Shown here one piece after another: positions 25,288 through 38,483 of a stretch of 64,000 nt of DNA (position 1 is its first letter; every line of letters begins with the position of its first letter). Source of the stretch: Octopus vulgaris (Eukaryota); assembly GCA_951406725.2 (NCBI GenBank), contig OX597827.1, positions 53,692,001 to 53,756,000 on the forward strand. The letters are read 5' to 3'. Below the pieces are notes generated by a model that was not told where the DNA came from, did not search any database, and worked only from the letters and a program-made list of their open reading frames with translations. Both the position numbers and the translations under genes were made by a program.

Positions 25288-25615
25288 TGTCTTTGGCACA
25301 ATTTCTCGGGAAATTACCGATTTAATCAACTTCAGTACTCGACTGCGTCTTGTCTGATAGGCGCCTTCCGGTCAGATGATAGGTAAAGTCAACTCGGTAA
25401 TATTTAAACACGGCACGCAAAATGAAACTTAAAAGTTTATATTATTCATGGGACCAAATTGATTCACAAGGCCACTTACAGTGGAAGAGTTTCACTGGTT
25501 GATTTGATTCCAGTACATTACCATCCCAACAAGTACGAAAGCCTAAATCAGAGATTTGAATTTAGAACATAAAGAGGTGTTAATAAATAATGTCCTTGAA
25601 TAACGGAGTATATAT

Positions 25616-25687
<72 letters not shown>

Positions 25688-25688
<1 letters not shown>

Positions 25689-25988
25689 AGCACGCTGTCG
25701 ATTGCGACGACAAAGGTGCCAGATGATACGATCAACAGAACAGCTTACGCGTGAAATTAATGATCAAGTAACTGAGCACTTCACAGACACGTGTACCCAT
25801 AACGTAGTTCTTAGTGGGATTCACCGTGACACAGAGTGTGACAAGGCTGGCCTTTTGAAATACAGGAACTACTCATTTTTGCCACCTGAGTGGAGTGGAG
25901 CAACGTGAAATAAAGTGTCTTGCTCAAGGACATAACGCGTCGGCGGGATTTGAACTCACGACCTTACGACTAAGCCATTCGCCTTCAC
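25688..25988 (-). mobile_element. SINE with CORE-like body and family C tail
   Basis: Minus strand: GAGTTCAAATCC B-box and CCTTGAGCAAGACACTTTATTTCAC, then the family C 3' half. Confidence 0.75.
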
Positions 25989-25999
25989 ATAATTATATA

Positions 26000-26820
26000 T
26001 ATATTATAAAAGTCAATGTGTGTTCGTGTGTTACTTATAGACTCGAAAACTACTGGGCCGATCCTAATGAAATTTGGAACGCAAAATCCAAACATAGGGA
26101 AAAGGTAACGCCGTATGTCCCATACAATTTTGAGGGGGTATAAAGGCGGGGCAGAAGCCCCTGTGAAAATTCATATGCTTCGGATTTTGATGAGATTTTT
26201 TAAATATCCATTTCTTTGGATGATTCTAAGACCCCTTAATGGGGGCTTAACCCCCAAATTTTAGTCATTTTTCATGGACGAAAATTATTGAATGGATCCT
26301 TACGATATTTGGAACTTAGATTCAATGCATAAAGCTGGGCATAATGCAGTATTTTCTGTTTGAATTTGAGGGGGCTTAAAGGGAGCAGAACCCCCCCACC
26401 CCGCCCCTATGAAAATTCAGAAATTTCCTATGTTGATGGAATTTCAAAAATAGGTAATTGACACACATCAAAATGTATTACCCAAAATTCCGCTTTTTTC
26501 GTGAGGTTTCTAAGATCCCCTAACTCCCAAATTTTAGTAATTTTTTATGATTCAAAACAAGGTCAAAAATACGGAATGGAGGGTTAAGAAATTTGAAAAT
26601 TATATTCTATGCATAAGGGCGGATGTAATACAGTATATATTTGAAAGTGATGGGGCATAAATGAGGCTATAATCCCCATGAAAATTCATGTTTTTGCTGT
26701 TGATGAAATTTTTAACCATAGATATTAGACACAAATGAATATTCTTAAAATCTCAACTTCTTAGGAGGTTAGTAAGAACTTTTAATGGAGGCTTAACCCC
26801 TACAATTTAGTCATTTTCCC
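26000..26820 (+). mobile_element. Helitron/Helentron-like element with three diverged internal repeats of about 250-280 bp
   Basis: 5' TATTATAAAAGTCAATGTGTGTTCG...ACTACTGGGCCGATCCTAATGAAATTTGG resembles the other Helitron 5' ends here. CCCC..TGAAAATTCA recurs near 26158, 26405 and 26674. Confidence 0.5.
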
Positions 26821-27270
26821 TAAGCAACGACGAATATAATTGTAGTTTTGGAAGCTGTAGGGTCATCCGAGGATACGAGATGAGCGTTATTTGTAATTAA
26901 ATGATACAAAAGCGTAAGAGTTTGCTTTGAGATATACTTAGACTGATTTCTACAATGTGGTGCATAAATTGTCAAGTAAAGGAGAGGCATCTTTATCCCC
27001 ATTAATTCAGCTGCGAATTGTTATTTTGAGAAATTTTTATAGTGTAGATATTTATCTGGTTGTTGTTTAAGTTATTTGGCACTCGTCAAATATGATAAAA
27101 TGTACAGTGGTCAGTTATATTAACGTATACTAATTGTTGAATTTTGAAACTTAACAGCAGTAGTAAAATAAACAATTTGCCTTGAAAAAACATTTTTGAA
27201 AAAATTCGATAAATGCGTTATTAGTAAATGCTCTTATTTTGTGAAAATTACTTCGAAATATTGAATCTGT

Positions 27271-27678
27271 TTACTCTTTTACTCTTTTACTTGTTTCAGT
27301 CATTTGACTGTGGCCATGCTGGAGCACCGCCTTTTGTCGAGCAAATCTACCCCAGGACTTATTCTTTGTAAGCCTAGTACTTATTCTATCGGTCTCTTTT
27401 GCCGAACCGCTATGTTACGGGGACGTAAACACACCAGCATCGGTTGTCAAACGATGTTGCGGGGGGGGGGGGGGGGGGAACAGACAGACACACACACACA
27501 TATATATATATACATATATACGACGAGCTTCTTTCAGTTTCCGTCTACCAAATCCACTCACAAGGCTTTGGTCGGCTCGAGGCTATAGTAGAAGACACTT
27601 GCCCAAAGTGCCACGCAGTGGGACTGAACCCGAAACCATGGGGTTCGTAAGCAAGCTACTTACCACACAGCCACTCCT
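27271..27678 (-). mobile_element. SINE family A
   Basis: Nearly complete copy with an expanded internal G run at 27461-27478. Confidence 0.9.
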
Positions 27679-28269
27679 TTTTTTGTTTGTTTTTTTTTAT
27701 CAAAGAATCAATTGAAAGTTGAAATAAGTAGGATATAGAATAGTTTAACATAGGAAATAATAAAAACTGTCATTAATAGCTTACACAAATATGCAACAAA
27801 CTGTTTATAAAGTAGATGAAAAACATACGAAAAACTGAAATTTTTAATAGACATTTATTTTATAAAATCAGCTTTAACATTAGGTTTTTCTTTTAAGAAT
27901 AATATTAAATTGCAAAATTTAAAGAATTTATATATTTACCTACTAAAATACTGATACTTAACTCGTAAGTTCATTATTCCTCATTTAATTACTTACTTAA
28001 AAGTCACATTTTTGTAAAGTAGTGTGAATGTGTATGTGTGCGTATGTGTGTATGCGCGTGCGTATACATATATATATACACACATATATATATACACATA
28101 TATATACACATATATATACACATATATATACATATATATACGCACGGACGCACACGCACGCACACACTTGCACACACACGCGCACACATACACTCGCACA
28201 CACACACACGCACACATACACTCGTACACACACGCACACACACACACACACATATATTATATATATATA

Positions 28270-28500
28270 GGCGGTGAGCTGCCAGGAACGTTAGCACACC
28301 GGGCGAAATGTTTAGCGGTATTTCGTCTGCCGCAACGTTCTGAGTTCAAATTGCGCCGAGGTCGACTTTACCTTTCATCCATTCGGGGTCGATAAATTAA
28401 GTACCAGTTACGCACTGGCGTAGATGTAATCGACTTAACCTCTTTGTTTGTCCTTGTTTGTCCTCTCTATGTTTAGTCTCTTGTGGGCAATAAAGAAATA
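28270..28500 (+). mobile_element. SINE family B (tail type 1) in a (TA)n tract
   Basis: Complete head, body and tail. Confidence 0.9.
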
Positions 28501-28548
<48 letters not shown>

Positions 28549-29083
28549 GTGGTGGTGTAATGAATCGTGCAGGCATGAAGAGGATTCGATTCTAGTCAAA
28601 TTCAAATTAATACTGCAACAGAACTTTTCTCACGGTGGAACAATAGCTTTTCTCTGGCAGCAGTTTACATTTGCCACACCCTTTAGCTAGGCCGAAACAA
28701 TGTCTTCACCATTTGACCCTTCTAACTTCTTCTATTTCACCAAAAGCTAGAATTAAGATATCACTGTACCACCAACGAAGTCCATTGTTCTCAACGATAT
28801 GTCTATCCCTCTGGATAGTTATAAAAACAAGAACCCCCAAGCAAAAGTTAATTAGTCAGTTGCTGACAACTCGTGAGTTGAGAGAGAGCTAACATCACTT
28901 AGAGAACCGACCATTAGAATCATGGCTACAAGCAGACAGCCAAACAGCCAGAGGAAAAAAGAAAGAAGTTTACAATCAGAGACTATACGAAACAACTTCC
29001 CACACTTTCTCACTTATTTTCTCTTACAACATCATTCTATCTCTATTCGCGGATTACTAAGTAAGAAAACGTGTACACGCACA

Positions 29084-29170
<87 letters not shown>

Positions 29171-29373
29171 TACCACTTGATAAAATTACACTAACTATAC
29201 ACCTATCTCTTACTTTGCATGCTTTACGATTTTATCACCTGCCCGTCGAGGCAAGGTATTGTATAATGTAACGGTAAAGTAAATATTTTTTCACGACTTC
29301 AATCACTATTCTTTCATCTTTACATAATGAAAAATCTCATCCTTCAAACAAGTCTTCAATCGTTACATATATA

Positions 29374-29411
<38 letters not shown>

Positions 29412-29577
29412 TTTACTCACAAGGTATTGGAATCTTAAATTGTATACTATTCTGCCTAAATAATGGATCTACAAATGCAATATCCCTGCATATTTCACAT
29501 CTATTTTCATTCCTCTACTTCACCTTCTATTTCTTATCTTATCTAAATTAACTATTGCTAAATCATTCTTTCACACC

Positions 29578-29625
29578 GTCTCCGATGAAGGGATATACTA
29601 AATATCCTGGAAACAGCTGTGAGAC
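29578..29625 (+). ncRNA. Degenerate minimal type I hammerhead-like motif (Penelope-associated type)
   Basis: GTCT-CCGATGA-A-GGGATAT/actaa/ATATCCT-G-GAAAC-AGCT-GT-G-AGAC: stems I and II plus palindromic stem III. The U4C change and GUG triplet suggest it is inactive. Confidence 0.55.
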
Positions 29626-30139
29626 CTATTTATAAATGTTCTAAAATCTTCACAGCCTTGGGTTTTTATCACATTCTCAAAAAAAAATTATATATATATG
29701 TCTCTCTAAAGGAGACTACAGCAGCGGTACTGGATATTAAAAGTTATCGCCAGGCTAACATGGCAGTCCAGAAAAATAAGACGAATACTGCCGTTGATTA
29801 GCTCCAAGAGGCCATCGCCTCTAGCTAGCTATGTGACACACGAACCTGTGTCCATTATAACCTTTGAACAGGGGAGGTCAGCCGCTTCCCCTTGCTGGTT
29901 TCGCATCTACAGACAGGATAGATTTGAAATTTGTAGGGATACAGACAGACCACATGTTGAAAATTTTCAATAAAGTTTTAACGCAAGGTTTATAAATCTA
30001 TTTTAGAATCATAATTAAGCAATAAACATAAACTTCTGTCGGTTTATTTCCTTAATTTGCCCAATTTCATTAAAATAGTTCTGTAACACCCTGTATGAAA
30101 GTATACGTCATTCTCTGAGAGAGAGAGAGCTGTATAATT

Positions 30140-31350
30140 ATTTAACTGCAGTGGTCAGAGCTATGATAAAGTTTCACATAAGAAAGGAAGGGAGGAAGGG
30201 TTCAGGAGCGGATCTAGAACGGTGTTTTATATGCTGTGTAGATACCATATCCTTAACTTGGTGATTGATAACAGTGCTACAAGCACTTGGGTATCCACTG
30301 ATATTTTTCTATTTTATTTTATTTTTTATGTTAATGGTAGTGGTGTTTGGTCAGCGCTTATACGTGTTGTTTTCTGCATCTTCTGGGCGCTGGCATGTAC
30401 TAAAAAACATATTAAGTGCCTCGCTGCAAAACCTTTGCACGAAACCAGATGTAAGAGCAAATTTGAATGTGTGAAAGCCATTATATGGAATTATACGGAA
30501 ACTGAGAATCCCTTTATGATCCTGCAATGCGACAGGAATCAGAGATTCTTGTATCAAAAAAAAAAAAAAAAAAGGTTACTGTTTTCTATTACTGATTAAT
30601 TTCTGGTATGATGTTTTAAGCAAAGTAAATGCTGTCAGCTGGACTATGCAGAACTCCTCAGTGGAACAGTCTAACACAGTTTCATTAATGAATAGTGCCA
30701 CTAATTACGGAATTGATTATCATGCAAATGGATATGAAAAGCACTAACATCAGTAAAAGAATTAGATACAAATTAGATGCATGTCCTATTTTTTAAAAAA
30801 TATTATTATTATTGTAACAGAATATACCGATAAAATGGTAGTTTGAATATGGATGCTTGACTAGGTTACAAAATACAGATAACCTAGGAAGAAGATTGAA
30901 AAAAGCATGTATTCAACGCCATATTCGATAAAGCTATCACTTCTTTATCAGAAAGATTTGAGCAGTTACTAAGTTTTAGTTGCATACAGGGATTTTTAAA
31001 CAAAAACGAATTGCCAGATGAAAATAAATTGAGATAAGTTAAGGTACCAATAGTGATAGTAATGGATATGATCTCTTGGTTGAACTTGATATCTCAAAAG
31101 AATTGTTTTTAGGAGACGTAAAGCTTGTAATAGAAGCCGTTATATACATTAGCAGTGATAAGTGACAGTATATCATGTCAAACTTGAAGATTGCGTTAAT
31201 GATAATGTTGACGATACTCCATAATTACAGCTACAGGAAGGAGAAACATTAGACAATTAAATTCTTTGGAAATATTGTAAATAGAAAATTGTATTGTAAA
31301 ATATATTAGGTACATAAAGTGCAGTGAAAGCATTTGCCGAATTAAAATTA
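30140..31350 (+). pseudogene. hAT transposase relic (Tip100-like)
   Basis: Frameshifted motifs in order: GQSYD..KG...GVQERI, FYMLCRYHILNLVI (CxxHxLNL), QRLYVLFSASSGRW, KPLHETR..KFECVKAI, FWYDVLSKVNAVS, then dimerisation-domain-like NLKIALMIMLTI..AVKAFAELK. Confidence 0.8.
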
Positions 31351-31396
31351 ATAAAAAAAAATAGTTTACATGGGGTAATGTATGTTTGTCAACAGC

Positions 31397-31575
31397 TATT
31401 CTTTTATTCTTTTACTTGTTTCAATCATTTGATTGTGGCCATACTGGAGCACCGCCTTTAGGCGAAAAAATCGACCCCAGGTCTTATTCTTTGTAAGCCT
31501 AGTACTTATTCTATCGGTTTCTTTTGCCGAACCACTAAGTTTCGGGGGCGTGAACACACACATACACACACACAA

Positions 31576-31644
<69 letters not shown>

Positions 31645-31946
31645 TGTGTGTGTATATATATATATATAACTAATGTAGGATAACATTTTTTTCGAAAAAA
31701 ATTTTATCAATGGCCAGCATATCAAAAAATACCTTTAAAGGTTAAATTTATAAACAACTTATAAAATAAGGGCAAAAGAAAAATTCTAATGCCAAATAAG
31801 CCGAAAAAAAGACAAAATTGTCAATAACCATTATAATTTATGCGTCTTGAAACATGCCGGTAGAAATTTCTAAAAAATTCCGTTATTTTGTCTTTTTTTC
31901 GGCATATTTGGCATTAGAATTTTTCTTTTGCCCTTATTTTATAAGT

Positions 31947-32005
<59 letters not shown>

Positions 32006-32160
32006 GACGGGCTTTTTTTCAGTTTCCGCTTACCAAATCCATTTACAAAGCTTTGGTCGGCCTGAAGCCATAGTAGAAGACACTTGCCCAAGGTACCACG
32101 CCGTGGGACTGAACCCAGAACTATGTGGTTGGAAGCAAGCTTCTTACCACATTGTCACTC
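31397..32160 (-). mobile_element. SINE family A split by an insertion in its internal microsatellite
   Basis: Tail at 31397-31560 and head/body at 32003-32160. Confidence 0.8.
31754..31949. repeat. 65-bp inverted repeat (1 mismatch) with a 66-nt spacer
   Basis: 31754-31818 versus the reverse complement of 31885-31949. Confidence 0.95.
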
Positions 32161-32798
32161 CCGAGAAGAAAATTTGCTACGTCAACGGCAGCTCACGGAC
32201 TTTCTTATCCCTAAGTTGTTCGACAAAAATGTGTCGAAATTATTGTCAGTAATGTGAATTCTGATTAAATACAAGCCCAGCAATTTTGAGAGAATTTTAA
32301 GCGCTGCTTAAGTGGAAGATTATTTTATCAACCCCGGAAGGATGAGAAGGGATGGGTTACTATTCATATATATTTAAACGGTGCCTACATAATTTGGTCA
32401 CCGATTCTGTGGGTTCACATTCATACTCATACTCATGAGTTCTCTTAACTTCTTATAGAATCCTTTATTAGTAACTCAGAAATGCTGATTTTTCTCAGAA
32501 ATATAATACAAAAGACTAACTCTGTCCTGTATGATTTGTCATTATACTTCAGTCACTGGACCAGTGAAAATACGTTCAAAGAAAATTCTTATATGATCTA
32601 TTTAAAAACGCTTTAGGAACTTAAACATTTGTGTAGATAGAAAAGACACACTCGTACATATGAACAAAAGTGGTTGGCATCATCAAAAAGCCTCAACACT
32701 TTTTTACCGATTGATTTTTTTTTATATGTAGCAGTTGTTTTAGTCAAAGCTCAGCACTTATCGAGCAGACAGCATTTCAGATGGAACTACTCCCGTTT

Positions 32799-32889
<91 letters not shown>

Positions 32890-33123
32890 CTCTATCTATC
32901 TATCTATCTATCTCTCCTTTTATTTCTTTTAAGTAAAATGCATCCAAGACGTGTTATTAAGACTAGTTTATCAATATCTTCTTTTCAAGATGGTCGAGTA
33001 CCATTTGATACAAAGAAAGTGAGAGAGAGAGAGGGAGAGAGAGAGAGAGAAATGAAGTCAACTCTGATTTTATTATGGTACTTTATCAGTTCAGTTCACA
33101 ATACTGCCAGAATTTTATAGGGG

Positions 33124-33300
33124 CAAGAGTGGCTGAGTGGTAGTCCCCGTAACTTAGCGGTTCGGCAAAAGGCACTGATAGAATAAGTACTAGGCTTACG
33201 AAGAATAAGTCCTGGAGACGATTTCTTCGACTAAAACCCCTTATGGTGCTGCTTCAGCATGGCCGCAGTCAGCTGACTGAAACAAGTAAAAAAATAAAAT
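33124..33300 (+). mobile_element. SINE family A with internal deletion
   Basis: GTGGCTGAGTGGTAG head fused directly to the TCCCCGTAACTTAGCGG tail. Confidence 0.8.
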
Positions 33301-33324
33301 AATATATATATATATATTTATATA

Positions 33325-34579
33325 TTGGGTCGGCAACTAAGTTCCCGCCGTTTTTTAAATTTTGGAATCTATTTTTTTCGGAAATTCTATTTTTGAATCA
33401 TTTTGGAATCTTTTTTTTTTCTAGTTAATTTTAGTTAATTTTTGTTCATTTCCAGATAATTAAAATGGAATGTTAAGTTAAGAAAAATGAGCATTTTCGA
33501 CACCTCCTTCATTTTGCTTTTAATCAAGGTTCTAAGGCCGCAAAAGCTGCTCGCGACAGCGACATTTGTGTTGTGTATGGAGAGAGTGCTATAGCTGAAA
33601 GAACCGCTCGTGATTCGTATGCCAAGTTCAAAAATGGAAATTTTGACCTCAAAGACGCGCCTCGTTCAGGACGTCCAGTTGAATTCGATGAAGAGCGATT
33701 AAACCAACTTTTGCACAAAAATTCTCGTCAAACGACAAGGGAACTGGCAGAGAAAATTGAATGCTCCCGCACTGCTATAGAGAAGCATCTTCACTCGATG
33801 GGAAAAGTTCAGAAGCATGGGTTTCGCATGCTTTAAGTGACAACAACAAAAATCAACGAGCCACAATCTCCGCTGATTTGCTTGCTCTTCACCGCACAAC
33901 TCACGAACACAAGCAACGATTACTTTACCGAATCGCTACTGGCGACGAAAAATGGTGCCTGTATATCAATATGAAGCAGCGTAAGGAATGGCTTAGCCCC
34001 GGTAAACAAGCGACATCACGCGTGAATCAAGATCTTCATTCACGTAAAACGATGTTGTGCGTATGGTGGGACTGGGAAGGGATTATCCATTGCGAATTGC
34101 TTGAACGGAACCAAACGGTCAACGCGGAACTCTGTTTAACAGATGGAACGACTCAATACGGCTATTCAAGAGAAGACCTAATCGGCAGCATGGCGTTCTA
34201 CTACACGACAACGCCCGATTTCATATCGCTAATAAGACCAAGGAAGGCATTCAAACGCATGGCTGGGAAGTGCTGCCACACCCGCCATACTCTCCTGATT
34301 TGGTACCAACAGATTTCCACCTCTTTCGATCTCTTTCAAATGTTATGCGCGGAGTTTCGTTCAATACTGATGCAGAATTGAGAGCTTGGTTAGATCAATT
34401 TTTCGAGTCGAAATCGGGTGATTTCTACCAATGAGGTATTGGAAATCTTGTTGAACGTTGGGAAGAAGTTCTAAACAACAAGAGTGAATGCATTATTGAG
34501 TAATTAGTTGTTATTTTTTATTAAACCTTTTAAAACATTTCAATTTAAAAAAACAGCGGGAACTTAGTTCCCAACCCAA
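33325..34579 (+). mobile_element. Full-length inactive mariner (DD34D, mellifera-subfamily-like)
   Basis: TA|TTGGGTCGGCAACTAAGTTCCCGCCGTTTT ... AAAACAGCGGGAACTTAGTTCCCAACCCAA|TA; 1255 bp. Confidence 0.95.
33465..34503 (+). pseudogene. Mariner transposase pseudogene
   Basis: EHFRHLL, DAPRSGRP, WVSHALS, IATGDEKW, LCVWWD, LHDNAR and YSPDLVPTDFHLF motifs, broken by stops and frameshifts. Confidence 0.95.
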
Positions 34580-34619
34580 TATATATATAATACTGGAGTG
34601 AACGAGGAAGGCTCTACAG

Positions 34620-34800
34620 AGTTGCTTTACTTGCTTGAAAGAACTGCAAAATCTCGCACATAAAACACTGTACTAACTGCTTTAGAAAAAGGACACATCA
34701 AATATCCTACGACTGATAATAAAGATGGAATGGTCATGACTGGAATGCCTTTGATCATAAATCTACTAGATTAACGTTGATCTGTAGCTATATTAACATC
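34620..34800 (+). repeat. Old dispersed repeat family D (probable retroposon 3' end)
   Basis: Diverged homology to 35160-35340 and 36965-37150 (AAAGGACACAT...AAAGATG..ATGGTCA...CTGGAA). Confidence 0.5.
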
Positions 34801-34867
34801 CAAATATTAATATAAGTGAAAAATATATACAAACCATAAGTATACTATATCTTAAATATTACATACT

Positions 34868-35081
34868 TATTTCTTTATTGCCCACGGGGAGCATAGAGGA
34901 GACAAACAAGGACAAAGGGATTAAGTCGATTACATTGACCCCAGTGCATAACTGGTATTTATTTAGTCAACCCCGAAAGAATGAAAGGCAAAATCGACCG
35001 CGGCGGAATTTGAACTCAGACGTAACGGCAGACGAAATACTGCTAAGCATTTCATCCGGCGTGCTAACGATTCTGCCAGCT
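34868..35081 (-). mobile_element. SINE family B (tail type 1)
   Basis: Family B body and tail; probable TSD AATATTACATA. Confidence 0.85.
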
Positions 35082-35159
35082 AATATTACATATTATACGA
35101 ATATATAATGATACGAGTATACACATATAAGACACAATATTGACAGTGTTCACGGGTCG

Positions 35160-35340
35160 TTCAACTAATTAGAAATAGTTATTAAATTTCCTCATATACC
35201 ATACCTTCAGTGTTAAAATAAAAGGGAAGAGAAACAATGGAAATTGTAGTCATAGATAGCCCTAAAGAGATGTGATGGCCAAGGGTGGAAAGTCCTTAAC
35301 CATGGACCCGCTTAGTTTGGGCTGACCTGGAACCAACAAC
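35160..35340 (+). repeat. Old dispersed repeat family D
   Basis: Homology to 34620-34800 and 36965-37150. Confidence 0.45.
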
Positions 35341-36239
35341 GTCAGGGCACATGTGCATGTGTAAATATTATACATTAATGTATATGTGTATGTATTAAAG
35401 TAAGTCTATATGGAAGAACATTATATGTGTCTAAGTATAACCAAAACTGTTGTCTAAATAACAATGTTGTAAAAAGTCAAGAGTAAAAAAGAATAGTGGC
35501 CAAATGAGTCATAATGAGATATATTTACAGAGATAAAGAAGGGAAAAATGTATATGGAAGATTATAACATGATTTGAACAATCTCCAGTCGAAATGCTAG
35601 GCATTAGTTAATGAACACGACTAAAACAAAGATAAGGAAAAGAAATACTAATTTTTTTTCCCCAAACATCAACATTAATCATATTATTCTTCGAAGTATG
35701 TTATGAAGAAATTTATGAAGAAATTTAGCAAATCATATAGACGTTTAATCAATCATTCAATCAATATTGAGCCTGTAAAAAGAAGTTGATGGTGAGGCAA
35801 AAATAGCAGTATTGCAAACAGTATTTAGTTCTTGTTCCTATATCCAATGCTTTCTGAGTTCAAATCCCACTGGGGTCGACTTTGCCTTTTATCCTTTCGT
35901 AGTCGATAAAATAAATATCAAGCATGAGCGGATGTAATCGATTATAGCATGGGCCTTATATCAATTTCAGAAATTAATATATATTTTGAGTTACCAAAAA
36001 CTTTGGAGCACCAGAATAAACGCCTTTCAGTTTTGTTATGTAAACTGAGTTCAAGTCACACTTGGGTCAACTTCACTTTTCATTTCCCCGGAGTTAATAA
36101 AATACATATCCTGGAAGCAATTCCATCATCTATCTGTTTCTCCTATATAAATTAACATAACTCTAACAAGAAGAAATCAAAATACTAAATTGTGTCAATT
36201 ATTTGTACATTTCTAATAAAATACCATACTTCCCTTCAC

Positions 36240-36680
36240 ATAACTGAAGTTTCCATGCTATTCGCCCTGCGTGCCAATCTTTTCAATAGCATCGTTCTAC
36301 CTACGATCTTATGTACAAGTAAGGTGTAGGTTACTAGGAAGAAAGAACAGCGACTGGCTTCGACACAGGTCTGTGGAAAGATCTAAACATGGAATATCAC
36401 CTCGGGGGCATATCCGGAAAGAAGTACATCGAGATCAGAATAAAGTGAACGATGTGGACGTAGAATACTGAAAGTACATGTTATACTATTCTGTCGGACA
36501 TGTCGCAAGGGTCACAAGCTCCAGGTGGGTCTGAGCAGTTGTCGACTAGTACCCAAAAGATCAGAAGACCTCCAAAATGATGGGAAGACGACGTATTCAA
36601 AAGTTCAGATCCAAACGGAAGAAACAGGTTCAATCAAGGGATGAATGGAGGCGCACTATGACCAGCTATGTATTAGGATA
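36240..36680 (+). pseudogene. RTE-like LINE C-terminal fragment, heavily decayed
   Basis: Remnant motifs GHVAR...RWV*AVVD*YPKDQK..PPK*WEDD..QSRDEWR, typical of RTE ORF ends. Confidence 0.6.
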
Positions 36681-36964
36681 TCTGATAATCTAGAAAAATC
36701 TAGTAAAAACAAATGAATAAAAATTTGACCAGACCTTTATTTTGTCCGTCTCATTGAAGAGATAAACTACGCGAGTTGAGTTCGTTATTTGATTCCAATA
36801 TCTGTTCGAAAGTCGTTTTAATTCAGACAAATTTCGTAGGGAAATACATATATATTACAACCTAAAATACTGGGTTGGCTGCATAGTCACAACAGCTACA
36901 TTGTGTTCCATACCTGCTTCTTACGATGGAGAGTTGTACTCTTTTTTTGTCCACAAGCAAACTG

Positions 36965-37150
36965 TAGAACTTTTGCTAGAAATAGTAGTCAAATCCTTCT
37001 CAGATTGTACCCTCCGGCTTTAAAAGGGGGAAGGACACATTATATAATACAATCCTAGATACTCCTAAAAAGATGAGATAACCACGACCAGAATACATTT
37101 AATTATAGATGTGCACGATCAGAGTTGGCCTGGAGTTAACAACGAAAACA
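36965..37150 (+). repeat. Old dispersed repeat family D
   Basis: Homology to 34620-34800 and 35160-35340. Confidence 0.5.
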
Positions 37151-37794
37151 TCCAGTTGAATAGTTATTTACAGTTATTTTCACGCAAAAGTACTTTCTCA
37201 GTCATTGAAAGATCTGTTGAATAAGACAATACTTCGCTGCTGATTTTGTAATAAGGCAAAAACCTAACCATAGTTGTCACCGTAGTTCCAAACAAGAGAC
37301 TCACTCCATACTACATGACGGAGTTTCAGAGTTATCTCCCATCCCTTTCTTAACAAGATTTATTTAAACTGTGGGTTTTCTCTTCATTGCCAGTGAAATT
37401 GAAACTAATTGAAAAATAAAAATTGAGAACTCACTACATGAAATATTTGTTCTTCATGCATAAAACGTCCTTTGGGAATTATCTGCAGGTTAGTTGACTC
37501 AGCAACAGTTAATTAAACTTGGCCAACTTTTGGTAACGGAATACGAGCCACTGATTCTTCAGTCAGCCGTCCAACAGTCTATCGACTCGGCTGACAGCAA
37601 CAGTACTGCCCTATGAAATTAGAAAACACATTGATCAGATCTTTACCTATTACCATGTCTCTCTGTATGATGGCTCGTCACGTGATTTCTATATGCAAAA
37701 AGATAGATAAAAGAGAGAGACAGAGACAGAGAGAGCCAAAGTAAATAGAGATAAGCAAAAGTAGTGGTGATGATGATGATGCTAACAGCTACAA

Positions 37795-37900
<106 letters not shown>

Positions 37901-38430
37901 GAATGAATGAATATATAAAATATAAACGAAAGAAATAAAATAAATACATGAATAACTGAATAACATAATGAAATAACGAAATGAACACATAAATAAATAA
38001 AATATCAATAATGAAAAGGTTTCGGAATTTATATTATTCCGATGACTAACTCAAGTGGACTGTGGTGTATTTGGCGTGTCGGAGAGAACGAACATACACC
38101 ATTCAGTCAGAAACATAATATGGTATACAAAATGAACTATTGATTGCACTGCCAAATCTTACCAGTATTTTCATGTGCATATTTTTACTTTTACCAACGT
38201 AAATAGACCGATGATATAGCTTTGATGTGAGATCCCTTGGACGTAGACAACTCATGTGAATTCTTATGGGTCGTATAGGGTTGCAGACTTGACCCAGTGA
38301 AAATAAAAAATCAGGCTCCTCTGGACGTACGTATTTAGCATTCAGCTAAGAAAAAGGTATCATATGTGATTTTAAAAAGATCCAATCTGTTTATTTCTCG
38401 TTCTATCTGCCCCTCGTTCCACCACACACA

Positions 38431-38483
<53 letters not shown>

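Noticed and set aside
28840-28990. Possible Penelope GIY-YIG C-terminal remnant (SVADNS*...IRIMATSR...RKKERSL)
   Set aside because: The similarity is too weak to call without a profile search.
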